From Verrucomicrobiota bacterium (GTDB lineage Bacteria > Verrucomicrobiota > Verrucomicrobiia > Limisphaerales > UBA11358): a DNA stretch of 60,616 bases. Both the position numbers and the translations under genes were made by a program. Below, in pieces: positions 35,318-45,206 of this stretch (position 1 is its first letter; the number at the start of each line of letters is the position of its first letter). The stretch spans positions 1 to 60,616 of the forward strand of contig JAJPJM010000157.1 of the NCBI GenBank assembly GCA_021324235.1. The letters are read 5' to 3'. The notes below the pieces were generated by a model that was given only the letters and a program-made list of their open reading frames with translations, had not been told where the DNA came from and made no database searches.

Positions 35318-38011
35318 ATGATACGGATCCGAAACATTTTTCCGGTGCTGGTGGCGTTTGCGTCATTGGTTTCGCAATCGCTGCTCGCGTCCGGGCCGTT
35401 CACCGTCAACACGGCCACGGACACCCATGCTGCCAGCCCCGCCACGTCGCCGCGGGACGCCAGCGGGCATGTTTCCCTGCGTTCGGCGATTGAAGCCGCC
35501 AATGCGCAGGCCGGCGCGACGACTATTTTGCTCCCGCCCGGGACCTATAATCTGACGCTCGGAGAGCTGGACATGGCCCCCGGCGGCGGTGAGACCAACA
35601 CCATTCTGGCCACGGGCAGCGCGCTGAACACCATCGTCAACCAGACCGACGGCTCCAACCGCGTATTCAACCTTGACGCCAGTTCCGCCGGTGGCGCGGC
35701 CGTCGGATTGATTGGCATCACCATTCAAGGCGGCCATGACCGGGCTGACCTGCTGGGAGGCGCGGGGATTCTGGCCGGCGGCCTGACCAACCAACCGCTC
35801 GACACGCTCACACTGGCGGATTGTATCATCGCCAACAATTCCTGCACGCCACCCAACACGAATTATACCGCGCAACCGGGCGGCGGTGTGCAAATGGCCG
35901 GTGGAAATTTAAACGTCACGGGCTGCCTGTTTTCAAATAATGTTTCGGCCGCCAGCCCCGGCGGAGCCATCGCCTTCATTGCCTCCACGATGGCGGGCGG
36001 CGGCAGTGGCGGCACGCTGGAGATTGACACATCCGTTTTCGTGAACAATGGACTCACCAACACGAGCGCCAGCGGACCGGATGGCGCCGGCGCCATCTAC
36101 ATCAACAGCACCAGCAATGCCGTGCACAGCCTCAGCGACTCGACGTTCTCCGGCAATTCGGTGATCGGCCTGTACACCGGCAATGTTGTCGGCGGTGCCA
36201 TCGACTTGAACACCGGTACGCTGAATGTGGACAGCACCAGCTTCACCAGCAATTCGGTCAGCGGAGCGTTGCAGGAGGGCGGCGCGATTTATGTGGACTC
36301 GGGCACGTTAAACGTCAGTTTTTCGCGATTCGAGGGCAACACGGCGCCGGGTGGTGGCAGCGCCATTTTTAATCATACGAGCAACGGAGCCGCTACGAGT
36401 GCCGAGAACAACTGGTGGGCGTCCAACGCCGGTCCCGGCCCGGCGGTCTCCGGCGCCAGCGTGGCGGCCTGGCTGGAACTGAATCTGTTCGCCAGTCCCA
36501 ACCCGGTTTTGATTAACAATATCGCCGTGCTGGACGCGACGTTTGAAATCAATTCCGTTGGCGACGTCATCGCGCCGGCGAACCTGAGCCTGCTGGTGGG
36601 AATGCCCGTGACGTTTGGCAATGCCGTGGGCGGAATCATCTCCGGTGCGCAGACGACCATTCAAAGTTCCGGGACGGCCACCGCCCTCTTCACTGCGGGC
36701 AATGTTGTCGGCCCGGGCAGCGCGGGCGCCACCGTGGATGGAGCAACCGCCACCACCCCGATTGACATTGTGGCCACCAACCTCAGTGTTTTAAACACCA
36801 ACGACAGCGGTCCCGGATCGTTGCGGCAGGCCATCACGGACATTTATCCGGGCGGAACGATTACCTTCGATCCGGGTCTCGCCGGCCGGACCATTTACCT
36901 GACCAGCGGCGAATTGTTGCTGGCTCAAAATCTGAACATTAATGGTCCGGGCGCGAACCTGTTGACGGTCAGCGGCAATCAATTGAGCCGCGTCTTCGAT
37001 ATTCCGCCGGGAGTGATCGTCGCCATTTCCGGATTGAGCGTTGCGGACGGGCTGGCGGGTGGGTCCGTTCCGAACCCCAATCTGGGAGGCGGCATTTACA
37101 ATGCCGGCGCTTTGACTCTGATGAATTGCGCCGTTTACGGCAATTCCGCTCCCAACAGCGGTCTGGGCTGGGGAGGCGGCATTTACAGCACCAATATCTT
37201 GAACCTGACGGGCTGCACCGTCGGGCCAACCAATGAGGCCGGCGAAGTCGGCGGCGGAATTTATGTTCACTTCGGCAGTCAGTTGCAAATGCTCAACTGC
37301 ACGGTCGCCAGCAACAGCTCGCCGTTTCAAGTCGGTGGAATCGCTGCCAACACCGGAGCCACCGTCTCGCTGACGAATTGTACCATTACCGGAAATTCGG
37401 ACGCGGCCTACGGCGGCGGCTACGGCGGCCAGCCACCTCAGCTTAAAAACACGATCATTGCCGGAAACAGCGATTCCGGCAGCGCGGTCATTGATGATCT
37501 TCAAACATTCAACGGCGCGGTTCTGTCCCTGGGCCACAATCTGATCGGCATTACCAACAGCACCACCGGCTGGCTGACCTCGGATCTGACCGGCAGCACC
37601 AGTTCTCCGCTGAACGCGCGACTTGGTCCGCTTGCCAACAACGGCGGTCCGACCCTGACCTGCGCCCTGTTGACCGGTTCGAACAGCCCCGCCATCAACG
37701 CCGGCGACAACTCCGACGCCCCGCCGTTTGACCAGCGTGGCCCCGGTTTTCCACGCATTGTCGGCGGCACGATTGATATCGGCGCGTATGAACTGATCCC
37801 GCCAACGTTGAACATCGCTCACCTGCCTGCCCAGGTGATTTTGTCGTGGCCGACCAATGCCGTCGGGTACGTGCTGGAATCGGCGCCAGCGCTCAATCCG
37901 CCGGTCACCTGGACGCCCGCCGGAGCGCCCGGCATCGTGGGAAGTCAATACTACGTCACTAACGGGATCACCCCCGGCGGGAAACAATTTTTCCGCCTGG
38001 ACGCCCACTGA
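35318..38011 (+). CDS. Large secreted beta-helix surface protein (CSLREA-like/Pmp repeats, choice-of-anchor Q, terminal beta domain)
   Basis: Signal peptide; FTVNTATD..SLRSAI; GGAI/FxxN repeats; NDSGPGSLRQAI; LGPLANNGGPT...DQRG...DIGAYE; ends QFFRLDAH. Confidence 0.88.
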   Translation: MIRIRNIFPVLVAFASLVSQSLLASGPFTVNTATDTHAASPATSPRDASGHVSLRSAIEAANAQAGATTILLPPGTYNLTLGELDMAPGGGETNTILATGSALNTIVNQTDGSNRVFNLDASSAGGAAVGLIGITIQGGHDRADLLGGAGILAGGLTNQPLDTLTLADCIIANNSCTPPNTNYTAQPGGGVQMAGGNLNVTGCLFSNNVSAASPGGAIAFIASTMAGGGSGGTLEIDTSVFVNNGLTNTSASGPDGAGAIYINSTSNAVHSLSDSTFSGNSVIGLYTGNVVGGAIDLNTGTLNVDSTSFTSNSVSGALQEGGAIYVDSGTLNVSFSRFEGNTAPGGGSAIFNHTSNGAATSAENNWWASNAGPGPAVSGASVAAWLELNLFASPNPVLINNIAVLDATFEINSVGDVIAPANLSLLVGMPVTFGNAVGGIISGAQTTIQSSGTATALFTAGNVVGPGSAGATVDGATATTPIDIVATNLSVLNTNDSGPGSLRQAITDIYPGGTITFDPGLAGRTIYLTSGELLLAQNLNINGPGANLLTVSGNQLSRVFDIPPGVIVAISGLSVADGLAGGSVPNPNLGGGIYNAGALTLMNCAVYGNSAPNSGLGWGGGIYSTNILNLTGCTVGPTNEAGEVGGGIYVHFGSQLQMLNCTVASNSSPFQVGGIAANTGATVSLTNCTITGNSDAAYGGGYGGQPPQLKNTIIAGNSDSGSAVIDDLQTFNGAVLSLGHNLIGITNSTTGWLTSDLTGSTSSPLNARLGPLANNGGPTLTCALLTGSNSPAINAGDNSDAPPFDQRGPGFPRIVGGTIDIGAYELIPPTLNIAHLPAQVILSWPTNAVGYVLESAPALNPPVTWTPAGAPGIVGSQYYVTNGITPGGKQFFRLDAH

Positions 38012-38138
38012 GTTCGCGCCGGGTTGTTGGTCCGCTTTTGTCGCGGCATAAACGGGCTCGTTGCCGTCGGGTTTCCAAATGGCCGGGGGCGGCAGTCTGA
38101 AGGTTGCCTGTGTTTGAGGATGGCGAGGCTTTCCCAGG

Positions 38139-38666
38139 TTATAATTCCCGGATTTCCGTCCACAGCGGTTGCAAATCGTCATCGGCCAGGGCCATTTGTT
38201 TGAGGGCATCCGGGTCGCCGGCTTTCATCGCCCGCTGCAACCATTCTCGCGCAACGTCGGGTTGTTGCAGCTGGCAGGCGTAGCACGCCAGATTGTAGGC
38301 GATGACCGGTTCGTGGGGAAATTTCTCCGCCGCCGGCGACAGCGCTTCCCAGGCTTGCGGCAACCCGCCGTCCGGCACGCGGCGCAACGCATAGGCACGA
38401 TGCAGCCAGCCGGCGCAATCGTCCGGTGCCGCCGTCAGTTCGGCCTGCGCAATTTTCAGCGCGTCGGCCCAGCGTTGTTCGCGGGCGCAAATGGTCCAGC
38501 GCGCCTCCAGCACGGCGGGATGTTTTTGTTGGATCGCCGAAATCAAATCCAGTTCGGCCTGCGCCTCGGCGACACAACCCAGCCCCAGCCACCCGACGGC
38601 GGCGTCAAGGTGGTGCGAATCCGGCGGTCCCAGTGGTTGCACCGGCACAGGAAGCCTGCCGGACAT
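38139..38666 (-). CDS. TPR-repeat protein
   Basis: HHLDAAVGWLGLG, WLHRAYALRR, AYNLACYACQL, ALADDDL. Confidence 0.8.
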   Translation of the reverse strand: MSGRLPVPVQPLGPPDSHHLDAAVGWLGLGCVAEAQAELDLISAIQQKHPAVLEARWTICAREQRWADALKIAQAELTAAPDDCAGWLHRAYALRRVPDGGLPQAWEALSPAAEKFPHEPVIAYNLACYACQLQQPDVAREWLQRAMKAGDPDALKQMALADDDLQPLWTEIREL

Positions 38667-38717
38667 GGTGTGTGTCAAGCTGTTGGCAATTTGGCCGGAA
38701 ACGGTTATCGTAACGCC

Positions 38718-39497
38718 ATGAAAAAGATCCTGTCCGCTGCCATGGCCGCTGTCTGCGCGGTTTCGGTTCAGGCCGCCATCCAGACGAAGACGATTGAATA
38801 CAAACAGGGCGACACAACCTTGGAAGGTTTCGTTGCCTGGGACGACGCCCTTCCGGGCGTGCGGCCCGGTGTGCTGGTGGTGCATCAATGGATGGGGCTC
38901 ACCGATTACGAAAAGCACCGCGCGGAGATGCTCGCCCGGCTCGGCTATGTTGCCTTTTGCGCGGATATTTATGGCAAGGGCGTCCGTCCGAAAAACACGC
39001 AGGAAGCCGGCGCCCTGGTGGGCAAGTACAAGGGAGGCGACCGGCAGTTGTTGCGGGCGCGGGTCAATGCCGGGCTGGACGCGTTGCGCCGGCAGCCGCT
39101 GGTGGATCCCGGGCACATTGCCGCCATCGGTTATTGTTTCGGCGGCACCACCGTGTTGGAACTGGCGCGCAGCGGCGCGCCGTTGAACGGCGTCGTCAGC
39201 TTTCACGGCGGACTGGATGCGCCCAATCCGGATGACGGCAAAAACATCAAATGCAAGGTGCTGGTGCTGCATGGCGCGGATGACCCTTTTTCATCGCCGC
39301 AGGACATTGCCGCACTGGAAAATGAAATGCGCCGGGGCGGGGTGGACTGGCAGCTCGTCAAATTCGGCGGGGCGGTCCATGCCTTCACCCAGCCGATGGC
39401 GGGTAATGACAATTCCAAAGGGGTGGCCTACAACGAAAAGGCGGACCAACGCTCTTGGGAATACATGAAATTGTTTTTTAACGAGATTTTTAAATAA
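38718..39497 (+). CDS. Dienelactone hydrolase family protein with signal peptide
   Basis: HQWMG, GYCFGG nucleophile motif, SFHG, HGADD, HAFT. Confidence 0.92.
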   Translation: MKKILSAAMAAVCAVSVQAAIQTKTIEYKQGDTTLEGFVAWDDALPGVRPGVLVVHQWMGLTDYEKHRAEMLARLGYVAFCADIYGKGVRPKNTQEAGALVGKYKGGDRQLLRARVNAGLDALRRQPLVDPGHIAAIGYCFGGTTVLELARSGAPLNGVVSFHGGLDAPNPDDGKNIKCKVLVLHGADDPFSSPQDIAALENEMRRGGVDWQLVKFGGAVHAFTQPMAGNDNSKGVAYNEKADQRSWEYMKLFFNEIFK

Positions 39498-39503
39498 TTT
39501 TTC

Positions 39504-39560
39504 GGGAGGGACGGCGGGTCGCCGTCCCTGAATTTGGGTCGTCGGCACGGCGACCCTCCC
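39504..39560. repeat. Inverted pair of GGAG-type REP hairpins
   Basis: GGGAGGGACGGCGGGTCGCCGTCCC ... GGGTCGTCGGCACGGCGACCCTCCC. Confidence 0.6.
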
Positions 39561-39570
39561 AAATAAACTC

Positions 39571-40164
39571 ATGCGCATCACCGGTGGCAACGCAGCGCGG
39601 CGGATCCTCAAGGTTCCCAAGGGATTCGATGTTCGTCCCACGCCCGACCTGGTCAAACAGGCGGTTTTCAACAGCTTGGGCGCGCGGGTGGTCGGCGCGC
39701 GGGTGCTGGAATTATTTGCCGGCACCGGGGCGTTGAGTCTGGATTGCCTGAGCCGCGGCGCCGTCTCGGCACTATGCCTCGAGAAGTCGCACCGGCACGC
39801 GGAATTCATCCGCGCCAACGCGCGCTCGGCGAATTTTGACGCCGCGCTGGAGGTCCGCATCCAGGACGTGTTTCCGGCCGTCCATCAACTGGCGGAAGGC
39901 GGCCGGCAGTTCGATTTGATCCTGGCCGACCCGCCTTACGGCGAGAAAAACGTCGGACACCGTTCGACTTCGGTTGCCCAACAATTGCTGGACGATGCGA
40001 ATCTGCCGAAATTGCTGGCGCCCGGCGGGCGGTTCATCCTTGGCCACGCCCGGCGCGACACGCTCAGTCTGGCCCGGCCCTGGCACGAAGTGAAGGCGCT
40101 CAAGCACGGCGACAGCGTGATGCGGTTTTTGGAATTGGAAGGAAGCGTGCCGTCGCTTTCCTGA
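39571..40164 (+). CDS. rsmD: 16S rRNA m2G966 methyltransferase
   Basis: MRITGG, VRPT, LELFAGTGAL, DPPY. Confidence 0.92.
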   Translation: MRITGGNAARRILKVPKGFDVRPTPDLVKQAVFNSLGARVVGARVLELFAGTGALSLDCLSRGAVSALCLEKSHRHAEFIRANARSANFDAALEVRIQDVFPAVHQLAEGGRQFDLILADPPYGEKNVGHRSTSVAQQLLDDANLPKLLAPGGRFILGHARRDTLSLARPWHEVKALKHGDSVMRFLELEGSVPSLS

Positions 40165-40214
40165 AATGAGCAGGGCGCGGTCTCCGCGCCCGGAGCGCGA
40201 ACCCGGCCAACCAT

Positions 40215-41387
40215 TCAATCCTTCGTTGCCTCGGCCACGGCTTCGCGGATCCGTTTCTTGAATTTATCGACGCCCTGGTCGAACGCGGCGGAAATCGGCA
40301 GCGGCGAAACTTTTTTTACCTTGGTTTTGAACTGCTTCAGGTTTTTTTCCGCGACGGTTTCGTCCATTTTGTTCGCGACGACCAGGCGCGGCTTGTCGAG
40401 CAGCGCGGGATCGTACAGTTCCAGTTCGCACAGGAGGCTTTTGTAATCGTTCCAGGGCGCGCGATTGTCGGTGCCGGCCATGTCCAGCAGCAGCACCAGG
40501 ATTTTACAGCGCTCGATATGGCGCAGAAAGGCATGGCCCAGGCCGACATTCTGGTGCGCGCCTTCAATCAAACCCGGCACGTCGCAAACCGTGAGCCGGT
40601 GAAAGTCCTCGTATTCCACGATGCCGATTTGCGGGTGCAGGGTGGTGAACGGGTACGGCGCGACTTTCGGGCGCGCCTTGGAAATGGCCGTGAGCAGCGT
40701 GGATTTGCCGGCATTGGGATAACCGACCAGGCCGACCTCGGCGATGATGCGCAGCTCGAACAGAAAATCGCCTTCCTCGCCCGGCTCGCCCGGCTGCGCG
40801 AAACGCGGGGTCTGGCGCGCGGCCGTGGCAAAATTACGGTTACCCAGGCCGCCGCGACCGCCCTGGCACAGAACAAATTGCTGGCCGTGCTGGGTCAGGT
40901 CGGCGACCCGTTCGCCTTTGGGCGATGAACCGGCGGGGGCTTGCCCCGCTCCTTCCCTGCTTAAATCAATTTCCACCGCCAGGTCGCCGCCCGCCCGGCG
41001 AAACAGCGGGCGTTTGCCCGTGCTGGTTTGCAACACCGGTTTGCTGCCCGGGGCTTCATCCTCGTCCTCCGGAACTTCCTTGGCCCCGCCCGCCAACCGC
41101 CAGACGAGTGTGCCGCACGGGACTTTGATCACGAGGTCTTTGCCGGCGTGGCCGTCCATGCCCTTGCCCAGGCCGCCTTCGCCTTCCTCGGCGATCAGGC
41201 GCGGCTGATAATATTGCGCGATGAGATTGTTGAGGTCGTGGTCGGCCTGCAAAATCACGCTGCCGCCCCGTCCGCCGTTGCCGCCGCTGGGACCGCCCTT
41301 GGCGATATAGGCCTCGCGATGGAACGCGACACAGCCTTTGCCACCGTGCCCGGCCCGCGCGTAAATTTTAATTTCGTCAACAAACAT
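40215..41387 (-). CDS. obgE: GTPase ObgE/CgtA
   Basis: MFVDE, Gly-rich Obg fold, GYPNAGKST, YPFTT, DVPG, NKMD. Confidence 0.97.
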   Translation of the reverse strand: MFVDEIKIYARAGHGGKGCVAFHREAYIAKGGPSGGNGGRGGSVILQADHDLNNLIAQYYQPRLIAEEGEGGLGKGMDGHAGKDLVIKVPCGTLVWRLAGGAKEVPEDEDEAPGSKPVLQTSTGKRPLFRRAGGDLAVEIDLSREGAGQAPAGSSPKGERVADLTQHGQQFVLCQGGRGGLGNRNFATAARQTPRFAQPGEPGEEGDFLFELRIIAEVGLVGYPNAGKSTLLTAISKARPKVAPYPFTTLHPQIGIVEYEDFHRLTVCDVPGLIEGAHQNVGLGHAFLRHIERCKILVLLLDMAGTDNRAPWNDYKSLLCELELYDPALLDKPRLVVANKMDETVAEKNLKQFKTKVKKVSPLPISAAFDQGVDKFKKRIREAVAEATKD

Positions 41388-41397
41388 GCGTCAGCCG

Positions 41398-41464
41398 TCT
41401 TAATCCCGCTTTTAATCGTAATCTTAATCCCCGCCGCCCAATGAGATTAGGATCAAGTTTAAGG
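41398..41464. repeat. TTAATC/GATTAG hexamer palindromic element
   Basis: TCTTAATCCC..TTAATCGTAATCTTAATC faces GATTAGGATCAAG between rpmA and obgE. Confidence 0.5.
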
Positions 41465-41475
41465 CCAGCGGAAAT

Positions 41476-41504
41476 AAAAAAGGCGAGGCGCCAGGCCTCG
41501 CCTT
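41476..41504 (-). terminator. Rho-independent terminator after rpmA
   Basis: AAGGCGAGGC/GCCTCGCCTT stem with T-run on the minus strand. Confidence 0.8.
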
Positions 41505-41522
41505 AAAATTCAATTGCGCCGT

Positions 41523-41783
41523 TTAGTTCTTCGCGGCGGGTTCGGCCTTTACATTCACGCGCCGTCCGTTCTTGTCGAAGGCGATTTTGCCGTCCACGAG
41601 CGCAAAGAGCGTCCAGTCCCGACCGGTGCCGACATTCTGGCCCGCTTCAAATTTCGTGCCGCGCTGGCGGATGATAATGCTGCCGGCGGTGACAAATTCG
41701 CCGCCGAACGTTTTTACGCCGAGCCGTTTGCTCGCGCTGTCGCGGCCGTTGCGGACGCTGCCTTGACCTTTCTTATGTGCCAT
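41523..41783 (-). CDS. rpmA: 50S ribosomal protein L27
   Basis: [30 protein letters not shown]. Confidence 0.98.
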   Translation of the reverse strand: MAHKKGQGSVRNGRDSASKRLGVKTFGGEFVTAGSIIIRQRGTKFEAGQNVGTGRDWTLFALVDGKIAFDKNGRRVNVKAEPAAKN

Positions 41784-41854
41784 AAATTTTTTTGGGGGCT
41801 GGGGTTCTGGCGTCCGGGTTCCGGGAAGCCGGACGCCGGGCCCGAGGCCCGATG

Positions 41855-42166
41855 TTACGCTTTGATTTCCTTGATCTTCACCACCGTCAGTTCCTGGCGA
41901 TGGCCGATTGTTTTGTGATACCCTTTGCGGCGTTTCATTTTGAACGTGAGCGTCTTCTCACCACGCTTGTGTTCCACCACATCGGCCACGACGCTCGCTC
42001 CGCTGACCGTGGGCGCGCCCACGCTCACCTTGCCGTCGCGGTTGACCAGCAGCACGCGGTCGAACGTGACGGGCTGGCCGGCCTCGATGGCCAGGCGTTC
42101 AATTTCCACCGTGTCGCCTGCGGCCACACGATACTGTTTGCTTCCGGTTTCCAATACGGCGTACAT
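41855..42166 (-). CDS. rplU: 50S ribosomal protein L21
   Basis: [24 protein letters not shown]. Confidence 0.98.
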   Translation of the reverse strand: MYAVLETGSKQYRVAAGDTVEIERLAIEAGQPVTFDRVLLVNRDGKVSVGAPTVSGASVVADVVEHKRGEKTLTFKMKRRKGYHKTIGHRQELTVVKIKEIKA

Positions 42167-42353
42167 AAAATTTCCCGCAAAAGGGGTATGAGAAGACCAG
42201 AAAAGCGCCGGGCTGTCAACGCCGGATTTCCGGAAATTTGGCCGGATATGGCGGGTTTTTTTGACGTTTTCCGGGCGGGTACGGGCGTGGCCCAGGGATT
42301 CAGCGCCGATTTTCTGTCACCTCATTGACTTGGCGAGGGACATATTAAACGAT

Positions 42354-43802
42354 ATGACAACCAATGGAAACGTGACTGCGGTACAAGAGAGTGATGCCGA
42401 GCTGGTTTCGCGCGCCCTGGCCGGCGACCGGGACGCCTTCAGCCGCATTGTGTCGCGCTATCAGATCCTGATCTGTTCGCTGGCCTACAGTCGCATCGGC
42501 CATCTTGGCCTGAGCGAGGACGTGGCCCAGGAAACGTTCATCACCGCCTGGAAACATCTCCGGCTCCTGCGCGAACCCGACAAACTTCGCGCCTGGCTGT
42601 GCGGCATTGTCCGCAACCGGATCCGCAAAAACCTTCAGCGGGAGGGGCGCGAGCCGGTGCATACGGCCGGGCCATTGACGGAGGTGGATGACTCGCCGGC
42701 GCGCGAGGCGCTGCCTTCGGAACAAACCATTGGCCGGGAGGAGGAGGCGATTTTATGGCGTTCCCTCGAACGAATCCCGGAGCTTTATCGCGAACCGCTC
42801 ATCCTGTTTTATCGCGAACACCGGTCCATCGAACAGGTGGCGGCGGAACTGGAATTGTCCGAAGACGCCGTCAAGCAACGACTGTCGCGCGGGCGCAAAT
42901 TATTGCAGGAGGAGGTCCAGGCGTTTGTGGAAAACACGCTGAGCCGGACGTCGCCGGGCCGGGCTTTTTCCGGGGCGGTGCTCGCGGCATTACCGGCCGC
43001 CCCGATGGCCGCAGCGGGTGCCGGTCTGGCCGGCAAAGGCACGGTGGCGGCCAAGTCGGGTCTGCTGGGAGCGTGGCTGGCCCCGATGATCGGGGTGGTG
43101 GGCGGCATGCTGGCGCACTGGCTGATTGTCCGGGCCGCTCCCACCGCCGCGGAACGCCGGGTCAAGAAGTTTGCGTTCATCAGTCTGTGGATTTTTGTGC
43201 TGGCCTGGTGCATCCCCGGACAGCTCGGTATGCGGGCCTTGAGCCGGCAACTGGAGTGGAGCGATCGCACCTTTTTTGCCGCCATGGCGGGTTTTTGGTG
43301 GTTGTATGCGTTCGTCATCGTCACGTTCTGTGCCGTGATGTTCCGGCGCATCGTGGCCATCCGCCGTCAGAATGACGAAACCGCTGGCGCGCCGGCCCAT
43401 CGACCGCTGGACCTGGGCCGGAGCATCGCCGTCACTGTTGGTGTGTACGTGGCGTGTTTCTCGGGGTTGATCGAAAGCGCGTGGCGGGCAAATGATCTGT
43501 TATGGGCCGCCATCATCGCGGCCACGATGATGGCTCTGGGGGGCGCGCATTTCATGCGGCTTCAGTGCAAAACCGGTGTGGCGGCGACGCGAAACGTGGC
43601 CGGCCGCCTGGCCCTGGTTTGGGGAGTGATTCTGTTGATATTGAACTGCCGCCTGGACATTTGGATGGCGGCCGATCGTGGAGTCAGTCTGACCGAAATC
43701 CACCACCTGCTGCCGCCGTGGATCATTCCTTTGCTCACTCTGGCGCTGGTTGCCTGGCTCGGAATTTTGGTGGCGATGACGAGGCCCAAACGCAGCGTCT
43801 AG
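42354..43802 (+). CDS. ECF sigma-70 factor with multi-TM C-terminal extension
   Basis: SDAELV, EDVAQETF, AWLCGI, LSRGR (sigma2/sigma4), followed by about 7 hydrophobic segments. Confidence 0.9.
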   Translation: MTTNGNVTAVQESDAELVSRALAGDRDAFSRIVSRYQILICSLAYSRIGHLGLSEDVAQETFITAWKHLRLLREPDKLRAWLCGIVRNRIRKNLQREGREPVHTAGPLTEVDDSPAREALPSEQTIGREEEAILWRSLERIPELYREPLILFYREHRSIEQVAAELELSEDAVKQRLSRGRKLLQEEVQAFVENTLSRTSPGRAFSGAVLAALPAAPMAAAGAGLAGKGTVAAKSGLLGAWLAPMIGVVGGMLAHWLIVRAAPTAAERRVKKFAFISLWIFVLAWCIPGQLGMRALSRQLEWSDRTFFAAMAGFWWLYAFVIVTFCAVMFRRIVAIRRQNDETAGAPAHRPLDLGRSIAVTVGVYVACFSGLIESAWRANDLLWAAIIAATMMALGGAHFMRLQCKTGVAATRNVAGRLALVWGVILLILNCRLDIWMAADRGVSLTEIHHLLPPWIIPLLTLALVAWLGILVAMTRPKRSV

Positions 43803-43858
43803 GCCGCTTTGTCCCCGTCTCCGGAAATGCCGGCTGGCTCAACTGCTGGCCGGCGGGT

Positions 43859-44593
43859 TTACGCCAGTCCTTCGGCCATGGTGCGCATTTGCACTTCAAT
43901 GATGCGCGACTTGGGGGATTGCTTGCAGGCCATCAACACCACACCCGCCACGTCCCCCGCGTCGAGCATGTCGGAAGCCTTGACCGATTGTTCGGTGCGC
44001 CCCTTGCCGAGGGCGAATTCCGTCTTCACGCCGCCGGGACAAATGGCGCCGACCTTGATGCCGCTCTCACGCAACTCGCGGTCGAGCGCCTGCGCGAAAC
44101 CGACCTGGGCGAACTTCGTCATGCAATACACCGCCTCGCCGCCAAAACCGTAAACACCGGCCATCGAGGAAATCATGAGAATCGTCCCTGACTTTTGTTT
44201 CAACATCACGGGCACCGTGTGCCGCGTGAACAGGAACGTGGACCGGACATTGGTGTCCATCATTTCGTCATATTCGGCGGCGCTGGTGTTCACGAGGTTC
44301 TTGTAGTTTCCCACGCCCGTGTTGTTGATCAGGATGTCAATACGGCCGAACGCATCGATGGCGGCCTTGACGGTCTCGACCGCCGTCGCTTCCTCGCGGG
44401 CGTCGCCGGTGACCGTCACCGTCCTGGCGCCGGTGGCTTCGACCTCCTGCTTCAATTGATCCAGCCGCTCCCGGCGGCGGGCGGTCAGGGCGAGATGGGC
44501 GCCTTCACCGGCGAGGGCGCGCGCGCAGGCTTGTCCAATGCCGGCGCTGGCGCCGGTGATGAGTGCTACTTTTCCCTGAAGCTGGTTGCTCAT
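43859..44593 (-). CDS. SDR-family oxidoreductase
   Basis: TGASAGIG, NNTG, YCMTK (YxxxK). Confidence 0.93.
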   Translation of the reverse strand: MSNQLQGKVALITGASAGIGQACARALAGEGAHLALTARRRERLDQLKQEVEATGARTVTVTGDAREEATAVETVKAAIDAFGRIDILINNTGVGNYKNLVNTSAAEYDEMMDTNVRSTFLFTRHTVPVMLKQKSGTILMISSMAGVYGFGGEAVYCMTKFAQVGFAQALDRELRESGIKVGAICPGGVKTEFALGKGRTEQSVKASDMLDAGDVAGVVLMACKQSPKSRIIEVQMRTMAEGLA

Positions 44594-44753
44594 AATGGAA
44601 TTGGTTTTGCGCTCACCTTTAAATGAAACCGTGCGCGTTGTCAGCGGCTTTTTCGGTTTTAGCGCTGTTTTTTTTGAAAGCCGGTGTCGGGCGGCTCCCG
44701 TAACGTCCGGGCCCTTGCGCCCCTCGCGCACGGTCCGCTGCGAAAACGGCTCC

Positions 44754-45119
44754 TTAATCTTCCAGAGCCATGGCGGCTTCAACCAGATTTTCGCAAGTGA
44801 CCACCCGCGGACGGTGGGGATAATGAAAAACCGTCAGGATGTTCATCCCGATGTCCTTGCTCGGATCGGGAATGACCCGAACCACCAAATCCACACCCGC
44901 CCGACCGATCAATTCCATCATCCGGCCCAGCTCCGCCTCGCAATCCAACTGCATGGACTCCAACTGGCTGAAATCCGCCAGCAACCGGAAACCCGAAGTC
45001 AGCTCCCCCAGTTGTGTGGTCAGGTCTTCCCGGCTGCGTTGAAATTCCGCCGGTTGTACCCGTCCGATATAGCGGATATACAAAAGGCGTCGGGACTTGT
45101 TCGACGTGACCAATAACAT
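44754..45119 (-). CDS. Hypothetical protein, STAS/SEC14-like
   Basis: 121-aa ORF with GFRLLADFSQL; -10-like TAGGGT 7 nt upstream. Confidence 0.65.
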   Translation of the reverse strand: MLLVTSNKSRRLLYIRYIGRVQPAEFQRSREDLTTQLGELTSGFRLLADFSQLESMQLDCEAELGRMMELIGRAGVDLVVRVIPDPSKDIGMNILTVFHYPHRPRVVTCENLVEAAMALED

Positions 45120-45206
45120 GAAGATTACCCTAGCCCGGCGGGGACAGGAACACGAGTGAATAACCGCCGGACCGTCTGGCGGCGGCAAAATCAGGCCGGT
45201 GCAGGT

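Noticed and set aside
38139-39497. Apparent long overlap of 377-aa and 442-aa ORFs
   Set aside because: Both are over-extended; starts at 38666 (-) and 38718 (+) give ordinary divergent genes.
40915-41099. Intein in ObgE
   Set aside because: Too short, and lacks the N-terminal C/S and C-terminal HN motifs.
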